Shown here: positions 32,421-40,392 of the stretch, piece by piece | Layout: each line of letters opens with the position of its first letter | Numbering within the stretch: the first letter of the stretch is position 1 | Assembly: GCA_963768305.1 (NCBI GenBank) | Contig: CAVYHE010000009.1 | Location: 64,001-128,000, forward strand | From: an uncultured bacterium | GTDB taxonomy: Bacteria; Margulisbacteria; WOR-1; CAVSGV01 | Length of the DNA stretch: 64,000 nucleotides | Direction: 5' to 3' | Program-made: the position numbers and the translations under genes | Notes under the pieces: generated by a model | Database searches by the model: none | Seen by the model: only the letters and a program-made list of their open reading frames with translations | What the model was told of the DNA's origin: nothing

Positions 32421-33163
32421 TATTTCAGCTTCTCCCTCAGGTAGACCACTGTCTTCCCGATGATCCTGTTGACCTTGCTTTTTGAAAGTTTCAATTTTGA
32501 CGCGATCTCGTTCTGGTTCATGTCCCTGTTGAAGAAAAGCTCAATAACCTGCTGATCCTGAGAAGGCAGCTCGTGAAGCGACCTGTTGAGCCTTGCCCGG
32601 AGCTCGGAGAATTCAAATTCATCCGCCGGAGTTTTTTCCGTGACCGCGTCTATCTCGACGCCGGCTTCCTGCGCCGACTCAAGCGACATCAAATACATCA
32701 AAGCCGAAGCGGAAACGATCTTCTTTATCTTTGTAAGCGCGTTGTTGAATTCCGATTCGGATATTTTCTTTTTTTCGAAATTTTCGTCTATCTCCTCTTT
32801 CGCCCCTTTTTTCCTTGTTATGGCTGAATATCCTTTTTTCGCGACGTCCCTTATCATGACCTGCACCCTATAGGGGACGGGATTGTAATTCTTAAGCCCG
32901 TCCAGTATCTCCCCTCTTATCCTGTAAGAAGCGTAAGTCTCGAACTTGACCCCGCGTTTCGGATCGAAATTCTTCCACGCTTTCATCAGCCCGATGGTGC
33001 CGTCGGCGACAAGATCGTTGTAATCCACGCTCGGAGGAAGCCCCTTGCTGGAAACAATGGACGCGATGGAATGGACAAGAGGCATGTACATCTCGGTCAT
33101 CTGGATCGGCCTTTCGTCCTCTTTCCTGGCTTCTGCCCTCACCGGTTTTCTTTTTACCGCCAT
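32420..33163 (-). CDS. fliA: FliA/WhiG (sigma28)-family RNA polymerase sigma factor
   Basis: LPPSVDYNDLVADGTIGL...FDPKRGVKFETYASYRIRGEILD (region 2) and region 4 HTH (MNQNEIASKLKLSKSKV); divergent region 3. Confidence 0.8.
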   Translation of the reverse strand: MAVKRKPVRAEARKEDERPIQMTEMYMPLVHSIASIVSSKGLPPSVDYNDLVADGTIGLMKAWKNFDPKRGVKFETYASYRIRGEILDGLKNYNPVPYRVQVMIRDVAKKGYSAITRKKGAKEEIDENFEKKKISESEFNNALTKIKKIVSASALMYLMSLESAQEAGVEIDAVTEKTPADEFEFSELRARLNRSLHELPSQDQQVIELFFNRDMNQNEIASKLKLSKSKVNRIIGKTVVYLREKLK

Positions 33164-33450
33164 TATTTATTCCCCGTTATCAGCTTGTCAAATCCGAACG
33201 ATTTGTTCTTGGCTATCTCGCTGGACATCTTTGCGACCATAATATCGTTATAAAGGTTATCCGAGAACATTCCAAGCGTACCTTCCTCTCCGAACATGGA
33301 GGTCTGGGCCTTAAAGACCTCTTTTAATACTTGAGAAATGAATATCGAGGCGAATTCCTGATCTGCATCAGCCTTTGATTGGATCTTATTGACATTAACG
33401 CTCGATCCAATAGCATACAATGGATCAATGCCAGATACGAACGCGTCCAA
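33163..33450 (-). CDS. flgJ: FlgJ-like rod-binding protein (no muramidase domain)
   Basis: EFASIFISQVLKE...LYNDIM..MSSEIAKNKSFGFDKLI; follows flgI. Confidence 0.7.
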   Translation of the reverse strand: MDAFVSGIDPLYAIGSSVNVNKIQSKADADQEFASIFISQVLKEVFKAQTSMFGEEGTLGMFSDNLYNDIMVAKMSSEIAKNKSFGFDKLITGNK

Positions 33451-34498
33451 TCACATCACCTCTATGTCGGCAGAAATGGCTCCTGACATCTTGATGGCAT
33501 TTATTATGGTTATAAGGTCTTTAGGCTTTATTCCAGCCGTGTTCAAGGCTGATACCACATCGGAAATGGTCGCTTCGGGAGTTGACGCTCCAACGGTCAC
33601 ATTGACATCGCCGTATGAAACAGCGACAGGTGCGATCTTTACATCCTCGCCCATTACCACCACTCCCGTCATTTCATTTATGACTACACGTGCGGGAACA
33701 TCAGGGATCAAGGTCAAATTTTCAACGGCAGCAATGAAGTCAACCATGTCCTGATATGCTTCTTTTGACGCGATGATCGTCGCGGCATCCCTCGCCCTTC
33801 CCCTGATCCCTGACTGCTTCATCGCGCTGACAACGCGCGACGCGGTCGTGAAATCCGGCTTGTCAAGAACAACTGTCACATATTCTTGATTTATGGAGAC
33901 AGGGACTTCGCGTTCCACTATTCCCCCATTGGCGATGGTGCCGGCATTCGGCTGTCTCTGGTCAATGGTCATTTCCTGGTTATTCTCAATGCCCGAAAAA
34001 CCAAGAGCGACCGATCCCTGCGCGACAGCGTAAACATTATCATCCGCGCCCATTAAAGGCGCCATCAATAAAGTTCCGCCCTGAAGGCTGGTCGCATCGC
34101 CAAGCGAGGAAACAGTAACATCGATCTTTTGACCGACGGGAGAATAAGGAGGCAGTTTGGCGGTGACCATTACTGCGGCAATATTCCTGGACCTGAACTC
34201 CTTATCCTGCGGAGCGATCCCCATCCTGGAAAGCAGATTCGTCAGCGCCTGTTTCGTGAACTGGGTTTGAATTGTATCACCGGTATTTTTCAGCCCGGCA
34301 ACAAGCCCGAAGCCCATCAGCTGATTGTCCCTGGCTTCAAGAACATGAGCTATGTCTTTAAGCCTGACAGCGGACGACGCGGCGAAAGAAAAGGAAAAAG
34401 GTAAAAGTAAAAAGGTAAAAGTAAAAGTTAAAAGTAAAAACTTTATGACATTTGAATTGTAATTTTTCCTTTTGACTTTTGATTTTTGAATTTTTCAT
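33451..34498 (-). CDS. flgI: P-ring protein FlgI (+1 indel at ~34445 in the signal-peptide region)
   Basis: VRLKDIA..RDNQLMGFGLVAGLKNTGD, NIAAVMVTAKLPP, DATSLQGGTLL, PDFTTA; ATG at 34498 lies 1 nt after the flgH stop. Confidence 0.9.
34385..34490 (-). repeat. Degenerate heptamer repeats (TCAAAAR block then TTTTTAC/TTTTACC block) encoding the FlgI signal peptide
   Basis: Coding strand TCAAAAA TCAAAAG TCAAAAG ... TTTTTAC TTTTAAC TTTTAC TTTTACC TTTTTAC TTTTACC. Confidence 0.75.
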
Positions 34499-34499
34499 A

Positions 34500-35096
34500 T
34501 TAGAACAGCCAGTTAAAAAAGCGGACAACGACGCCCGGGCTTTCCGCTTCACTGACCGCTCCTTTCCCTTTCACTGACACATTGGCTCCCGCGACCTGAT
34601 ATGAATAAACAGTATTCTGCAGGCTAACATCGTTCGGCCTTACCATACCGGATATTTCTATCGTCTGGACTTCGTCATTGACCTCCACTCTGTGTTCTCC
34701 TGCTATCAAAAGATTTCCGTTCGGCAATATTGACATTACGACCGCCGCGATCTTCGCGGTGACGTTGTTCGACCTGGTAGTATCGCCAAGCCCCGAATAA
34801 ACATTGCTGCCGTTGATTGACAGATCTTTTTCCCCGGGGGCAAATCCAAGCCGGGAAAGCGTGGTATTAAATACCCCGCCAAGCGTATCATTTGCGTTCG
34901 TGTTGGTCTGCGCTTGTTGATTGGCTGAAGTGGTTTCAAGTACAACAATAGTAATAATGTCCCCGACCTTAAACGCTTTGCTGACAGAATAGAGGGAACC
35001 GCTACTGTTGTTCCAGATCGAATCGGAATACGAAAATATAGCCGGCAAAAAGAGCGCAACAAGAACAATGGCACTCAGGAAAATCATCTTTTTCAT
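34500..35096 (-). CDS. flgH: L-ring protein FlgH
   Basis: [44 protein letters not shown]; signal peptide without lipobox Cys. Confidence 0.9.
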   Translation of the reverse strand: MKKMIFLSAIVLVALFLPAIFSYSDSIWNNSSGSLYSVSKAFKVGDIITIVVLETTSANQQAQTNTNANDTLGGVFNTTLSRLGFAPGEKDLSINGSNVYSGLGDTTRSNNVTAKIAAVVMSILPNGNLLIAGEHRVEVNDEVQTIEISGMVRPNDVSLQNTVYSYQVAGANVSVKGKGAVSEAESPGVVVRFFNWLF

Positions 35097-35434
35097 TTTA
35101 TCCTGTTCCTTTCATCCACCAGTACTATCTTCGGATTTAGTTTCATTATTTCATTCTCATCGGCGATCACATAAGCGATAACGATGACCTTGTCGCCGGG
35201 AACAGCCAACCGTGCCGCGGCGCCGTTAAGGCAGACGACTCCGGAGCTTCCTTCAATGACATAAGTTTCGAATCGATTCCCATTGTTCACATTCAGTACA
35301 TGGACCTTTTCTCCGGGAAGTACGTCAGCTGCTTTTATCAATTTGCTGTCGATCGTGATGCTTCCCTCATAATTGACGTTCGTTTCCGTGACGGTCAATC
35401 TGTGAAGCTTCGCTCTGAGCATGGTCCTCATCAT
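35093..35434 (-). CDS. panD: Aspartate 1-decarboxylase proenzyme
   Basis: [21 protein letters not shown] (G/S self-cleavage site), [15 protein letters not shown]. Confidence 0.95.
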   Translation of the reverse strand: MMRTMLRAKLHRLTVTETNVNYEGSITIDSKLIKAADVLPGEKVHVLNVNNGNRFETYVIEGSSGVVCLNGAAARLAVPGDKVIVIAYVIADENEIMKLNPKIVLVDERNRIK

Positions 35435-36158
35435 TTTACGGTCACCTCTCCAGTGCCTGTCACAATGCCTATCAATTCTTTTCCGGAATCCGTGTTCTTC
35501 ACTTTGACTTCGGATCCCATATCTCCGTCGCCCAGAGCAACGCCATCCGCCGAAACGATGACGCTTTCCGAACCCGAAATTATTTTTACCTTTTCGTTCT
35601 TTTTTACCAGCGGCTTTTCTTTTAACATCCATCCGTAAATCGGGATTTCCCATACGGGACAAAAGTCTTGACTTCTTTGCCGAAAGCCAGGCCGAAATCC
35701 CTTATAACATCCGGATTCAGAACGGCTATATCCCTTTCTTCCATCCCTGCTTCATTGCTTGAAATTATATCGCCCCTCTGCAGGCGCTTTTTTGCGACAA
35801 CGATCTTATCGAATATCGACACCTTGGTCCTGAGGAATATTTTTTCTTTCTGGACATCGTCTTCAACGACCTGCACCGGAATGATGATATTCCCTATCGG
35901 CATGAAATCGGGATAAAGCTCGGCAATGGAAAAAGAGATCTTGCCTTTGCGGTATTTAAGGTCCCTGAATATCTTATCGGCGTATTTATAAGTCACTTCT
36001 ATCTTTTTCCCGGCATAGGCAGGAGTTCTTTGCGACAAGATAATTGATGATCGCACCTGTCATTTTGCTCTGCATATCATTGGCGACATATGCGCCGTAA
36101 ATTGAATTGCAGGCCAATGATAACCAGAAATAAAACTATTAATAATCTTTTTGATCAT
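35431..36158 (-). CDS. flgA: P-ring chaperone FlgA (several frameshifts)
   Basis: Signal peptide [10 protein letters not shown]..., SAF-domain [14 protein letters not shown]-terminal [22 protein letters not shown]; pieces lie in different frames. Confidence 0.8.
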
Positions 36159-36177
36159 TCTTCGCTCCAACTCATCT

Positions 36178-36986
36178 TTATGATTGTTTCATATTATTGA
36201 TCGAAGTAAGCATCCCGTCATAGCTTTGCACCGCTTTTGAAACGGTGTCGAATACCCTCTGTATCATGACCATCCGCATCATCTCGGACATGACATCGAC
36301 ATTTGAGCCTTCAAGCGCGTATTGGTTTATCGATCCGAATCCTTCCTGATTTGCGATGCCGATCGTCGGCGTCGCCGGAAGCAGAAGTTTCAACGAACAA
36401 ATTCTCTCCTATGCTTTTCAGGCCGGCAGGATTGAAGAATTTCACCAGGGCGATCTGTCCCACGTCCTGCGTTGTAACGCTGTTGTTTAATAGCAACCTG
36501 CACTGTTCCATCCTGTTTTATTATGACCTTGGTCGTCCCTTCAGGGAGCACGATCTCGGGTTCCAGTTTGTGGCCGTTCGGATCGACAAGATTCCCTTCA
36601 TTATCAACATGCAAATTCCCGGCCCTTCCGTAGGCAAACGTATTATCGGGAAGCTTGAACTGGAAAAATCCGTCGCCCTGGATCGCTATATCAAGCGGGC
36701 TGTGGGTGACCTCTATCGCGCCCTGAGAAAAATCCTTCGGCGTCGCGGCTACGCGCACGCCTGTGCCGTATTCGGACGGGCCGTAAGTCGGTGATATCCC
36801 CTGTCTTATCATCTGGTCCCTGAGTTCGCCCTGGAAAGTTTTTTCTATTGTGAACAAACTTTCTTTTTCAACGCGGCCTTTCTTGAAACCCACAGTGCTT
36901 GCGTTCGCCAGATTGTTCGTAATGTCCATCATTTCATCCTGAAAGACATTCAGACCTGTCGCGGCGACATAAAGCGGCTCAAACAT
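36178..36986 (-). CDS. flgG: Distal rod protein FlgG (two +1 indels, ~36487 and ~36373)
   Basis: NNLANASTVGFKK, GTGVRV, LDIAIQGDGFFQ, FFNPAGLKSIGENLF, LEGSNVD. Confidence 0.9.
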
Positions 36987-37019
36987 AAGATCACTCTCCT
37001 TGCCCGCCTAGGCGGACTT

Positions 37020-37754
37020 TTATTGCGAAGGGCTTCCCATGGACTCTGCCTTGGTCATCATCGTATCCCTGTTCGACACGATCTTTGAATCGATCCCGTA
37101 AACCCGGGATAAATATATCAGGTTCATCATCTCTTCGATTATGTTGACATTGGACGCTTCCACATATCCGCTGACGATGCGCGGCGATTGATCGAACTCC
37201 CTTTTCGACGTGCCGCTTGCCTTAAAAACGGATCCGCTTATCGGCGTTAAGACGGACTTATTCGCGAATTTCACGATCTGTATGGCGTTCACTTCTGAAC
37301 CGTTCACTCTCATTTTTCCGTCGCCGGAAAATTCAACGGTATCTCCCGGATTAACGGTGATCGGCCCGGAAGTGCCCATGACAGGATAATTCCCGGCGGA
37401 AGTGACAAGCCTGCCGTCCTGGTCCAGAGTGAACCTTCCGTCACGCGTATATCCTTCGCCCTGAGGGGTTTCAACGACAAAAAATCCTTCGCCGCCTATC
37501 GCAAGATCGGTATTGTTCCCTGTCCGCAAAAGAGTTCCGGGGTTTTGATCGTAAAAAGCCCCTTCTATCTGCGGTACCTGAGTTGAGGACATTTTTTGCG
37601 CTGCATCCAGATAAGTGGGGAAAGATTTGATCACGACATCGGTTTTTTTGTATCCCGGCGTCTCGGAGTTGACCATATTATTCATCATGGCCTTGACTTT
37701 CGCGTCAGCCCCTTCAATCCCTGCCCCCCCGACTTCAAGGATTCTATCGCCCAT
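37020..37754 (-). CDS. flgF: Rod protein FlgF
   Basis: NSETPGYKK, TGNNTDLAIGGEGFF, YTRDGRF, GYVEASNVN. Confidence 0.88.
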   Translation of the reverse strand: MGDRILEVGGAGIEGADAKVKAMMNNMVNSETPGYKKTDVVIKSFPTYLDAAQKMSSTQVPQIEGAFYDQNPGTLLRTGNNTDLAIGGEGFFVVETPQGEGYTRDGRFTLDQDGRLVTSAGNYPVMGTSGPITVNPGDTVEFSGDGKMRVNGSEVNAIQIVKFANKSVLTPISGSVFKASGTSKREFDQSPRIVSGYVEASNVNIIEEMMNLIYLSRVYGIDSKIVSNRDTMMTKAESMGSPSQ

Positions 37755-37787
37755 TTGATCAGCTCCTAACAGCGAGTCTTTATTGAA

Positions 37788-37816
37788 ATTATAAGCGGGA
37801 TTACAGGAAAAATCAA
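37788..37816 (-). promoter_or_regulatory. Sigma70 promoter of the flgF operon
   Basis: TTGATT-N17-TATAAT, then AGGAG RBS. Confidence 0.6.
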
Positions 37817-37822
37817 GAGGTT

Positions 37823-38149
37823 TTATTTTTCTTCCGCGATCTTTTTGATGAGCTTTTCTCTTTTTTCGGCCATCTTGTCAAGGCGATAGACGAAGAACAG
37901 GACTTCGGCCACTAGAACATAAAGCTGGGATGGGATCTCCGTATCGATCTCCAGTTTTGCGAGCATATTTGCAAGATCCCTGTTCTCATAAAGGGGGATC
38001 TTGTTCTCGTCGGCGATCCTGAGGATTTCATCTGCGACGGCCCCGCGTCCGGAAGCAAGAATGAGCGGCGCTTTATCCAGCTCCACATCATACCGCACTG
38101 CGATAGCTGTCCTTCGTCCGGGTGTTGGTTTTTCTTTTTCCGCCATCAC
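37823..38149 (-). CDS. Stand-alone FlhB C-terminal-like (EscU/YscU/HrcU family) export switch protein
   Basis: AIAVRYD...APLILASGRG.VADEILRIADENKIP...EIPSQLYVLVAEVL. Confidence 0.88.
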   Translation of the reverse strand: MMAEKEKPTPGRRTAIAVRYDVELDKAPLILASGRGAVADEILRIADENKIPLYENRDLANMLAKLEIDTEIPSQLYVLVAEVLFFVYRLDKMAEKREKLIKKIAEEK

Positions 38150-39411
38150 GCGCTCACATCTATCTTCATTAAATCTTCAATACCAAGGAACGGAATGAGA
38201 AAAGGTTTTATCGCGCACATCGAAGGATTAACGTTCACCTGTATCTTCGGCACAGAAAAATCCTTCTTTGAGACCGCACCGGCAAGTTCTTTTGCGTTGC
38301 CCGCGATAAAAGATTTCACCTCGTCATTTTGAGTGTTGAAAAGGAAATCCACGTTCTTCCCTTTTATCGCCATTTTCACCGCGACGCGGCCCATGTTCTG
38401 GGTGTCAATGGACATGATGATCTGAGTATCGGCGGGATCGATCTTTTTCCCGCCTTCCTTGTCGCTCCTTTTTATTATCATATCCACTGTTGTGGGCGGC
38501 TTTACCAGGGCATTCGGTATCTGATAATAAGAATAATTCACTTCCGTCTTGGCGGATTGTTTTGAAAGCATGGCCTGCGAAATAACATTCTGTATCATCT
38601 GGTCCAGTCTGTTGGATGTCGCGTTGATATTGGATTCGATGATCTGCCCTTCGGCGCTGTCGGGAAGATTCTGCTTGCCGGGCATTCCGTCGAGCAAGGC
38701 TTTCATCGCTCTCAAGTTCGATGATAGTTCGGTCCTGCCGGTGGATCCGTCCCCTGAAAATTTATATTTGCCCGGAACATTATCCAGGTCCTTATCGAAT
38801 TGTGCAAGCACTCCAATGATCTGCGCAAGCATCTGATCATTCAGTATCCCCTTTCCCATCGCAAGCGCGGACATGAGATCCGACATATTCCCCTTGAGCG
38901 ATAAAAGCTGGGCGGCAAGCTGGGGATTTTCGGAAAGGAATTTCGTAAGGGATTTCGCGGCCGCGGGAGAATCGATGCCTTTCATGAGAAGAAGGATGGA
39001 AGCCTCCTGCGCAGTCTGGCTCGGATCGGTCCCGACCATCGCCGCAAGTTTTGTGAAATTAGCTTTTGAAACTTCCAAACCGTATCTGAGCATGGAAGTC
39101 GCAAGTTTTTCGTTCAATTCCGAATCCGCGATATTCTGCGAAAGAAGAAGCTGTTTAAGGTCGGCAGTGGTGAATTGCCTCGCGACTTCGCCGCGCTCCA
39201 TAGCTTTCGCTGCAGCTTGAGCTTGAGCAATTTCAGCGGGAGTAAGTGGAGCGGCTTGAGCTGCTTTTGCAGCTTGTGCGGCTTTCGCCGAGGCTTGAGC
39301 GCCCGCGGAAGCCTGAGGAGACGATGACGACGGCGCAGACTTTCCAGTCGGCCAAATAACCGGCCTTCCCGGATGGAGACTTCCGCCGGCTGTTGTCATG
39401 TCATCGCCCAT
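38146..39411 (-). CDS. FliK-like length-control protein
   Basis: Low-complexity A/S/Q N-terminus; C-terminal T3S4-like IDTQNMGRVAVKM...FLF...L; coupled to the FlhB-C-like gene. Confidence 0.65.
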   Translation of the reverse strand: MGDDMTTAGGSLHPGRPVIWPTGKSAPSSSSPQASAGAQASAKAAQAAKAAQAAPLTPAEIAQAQAAAKAMERGEVARQFTTADLKQLLLSQNIADSELNEKLATSMLRYGLEVSKANFTKLAAMVGTDPSQTAQEASILLLMKGIDSPAAAKSLTKFLSENPQLAAQLLSLKGNMSDLMSALAMGKGILNDQMLAQIIGVLAQFDKDLDNVPGKYKFSGDGSTGRTELSSNLRAMKALLDGMPGKQNLPDSAEGQIIESNINATSNRLDQMIQNVISQAMLSKQSAKTEVNYSYYQIPNALVKPPTTVDMIIKRSDKEGGKKIDPADTQIIMSIDTQNMGRVAVKMAIKGKNVDFLFNTQNDEVKSFIAGNAKELAGAVSKKDFSVPKIQVNVNPSMCAIKPFLIPFLGIEDLMKIDVSA

Positions 39412-39428
39412 GAATTACCTCCTGGAAA

Positions 39429-39508
39429 ATAATATACTCCAAGGAATCAAAAGTCAATTCGAGCTTATTATTCCACTCTATTTATCGTGAAATATATGAG
39501 GAAACTTG
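39429..39508 (-). promoter_or_regulatory. Tandem sigma70 and sigma28-like promoter motifs upstream of the fliK-like gene
   Basis: TTGACT-N17-TATTAT (39457-39429) and CAAG-N15-CACGATAA-ATAGAG (39508-39482). Confidence 0.5.
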
Positions 39509-39528
39509 CATAGATCAGCTGCTTGAGA

Positions 39529-40317
39529 TTATTTCTTCTTTGCTTCGGGGGCTGAAGGTTTTGCGGGAGCTGCGCCTTTCGCGGCGGGTACCGTGCCCGG
39601 AGCGGCGGGAGCTGCGCCCTTTGCGGGAGCTGCTTCTTTTCCGGCAGGTGCCGCGCCGGGAGCCGCTGGAGCTGCGCCCGGTGCGCCGGCCACAGGAACG
39701 GTCTGGCCGGTAACTTCGGGGGCAACAAGCGGAGCCGCTTCAACTTCTTCTTTCGTCGGCGCGGATATCGTAACGAGAATTTCAGTGGCCAGTGTAGTCA
39801 CCGTGATACCTTTTGGAGGTTTAAGGTCGGATACATGGAATCCGCCGCCGATCTTCAGATCTGAAACATCGATCTCAAATTTATCCGGAATGTTAACAGG
39901 AAGGCACTTTACTTCAACTTCTCTTAATCCTTGAACAAGAATGCCGCCGTCAAGCTTAACGCCGACGGATTCGCCTTTAAGTATGACAGGGACCTTTGTC
40001 TTGAGCTCTTCTTCCATTTTGATCTTATAGAAATCGATATGAGTGATCATATCCCTTAAAGTATCCCTGAATATTTCATGGGCAAGGACTGGGAGTTTCG
40101 CTTCTTTATCGCCTTCGATCTTGAGAGTGATTATGACGTTCCGGCCAGCCTTTGAACTGATGATCTTTGAGAATGTTTTAGTGTTGACCTCAATAGGGAG
40201 CGAATCCATCCCATGACCGTAAACAATGGCAGGGATCATTCCGGAAGCTCTCGCTCTTCGCGATTCCCTTCTTCCGGTCTTTTCTCTTTTTTTAGCTTCT
40301 AATTCAACCTGTTCCAA
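39529..40317 (-). CDS. rplY: 50S ribosomal protein L25/Ctc with Ala/Pro-rich tail
   Basis: IPAIVYGHG, HIDFY, GVKLDGG, CLPVNIPDKFEIDVS; TTG start with GGAGG. Confidence 0.95.
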   Translation of the reverse strand: MEQVELEAKKREKTGRRESRRARASGMIPAIVYGHGMDSLPIEVNTKTFSKIISSKAGRNVIITLKIEGDKEAKLPVLAHEIFRDTLRDMITHIDFYKIKMEEELKTKVPVILKGESVGVKLDGGILVQGLREVEVKCLPVNIPDKFEIDVSDLKIGGGFHVSDLKPPKGITVTTLATEILVTISAPTKEEVEAAPLVAPEVTGQTVPVAGAPGAAPAAPGAAPAGKEAAPAKGAAPAAPGTVPAAKGAAPAKPSAPEAKKK

Positions 40318-40354
40318 TCGATATCAAACCTCCCGAGATCAAAACAACCTTGGA

Positions 40355-40383
40355 ATTATATCATAAGTTTTTTAAATTCTCAA
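40355..40383 (-). promoter_or_regulatory. Sigma70 promoter of rplY
   Basis: TTGAGA-N17-TATAAT with extended TG. Confidence 0.7.
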
Positions 40384-40392
40384 GCGTCTAGT

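Noticed and set aside
34385..34490. Repeat tract as a CRISPR array
   Set aside because: Low-complexity heptamers with no spacers and no cas genes; no CRISPR array was seen anywhere in the window.
35093..35662. 189 aa PanD with an N-terminal extension
   Set aside because: The extension is an alternate frame of the flgA 3' end; the real start is the ATG at 35434.
37004..37015. CCGCCTAGGCGG palindrome between flgF and flgG
   Set aside because: Too short and single-copy here to assign as an operator, REP or terminator.
26832..39411. Classical injectisome (non-flagellar T3SS)
   Set aside because: No secretin, needle or SctD-like genes; the components are flagellar-type (rod, L/P rings, FlgA, FliE).
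39529..39745. Ala/Pro-rich repeats at the end of rplY and overlapping ORF 39468-39743
   Set aside because: Low-complexity tails are common on L25/Ctc proteins; the overlapping ORF is an alternate-frame artefact.
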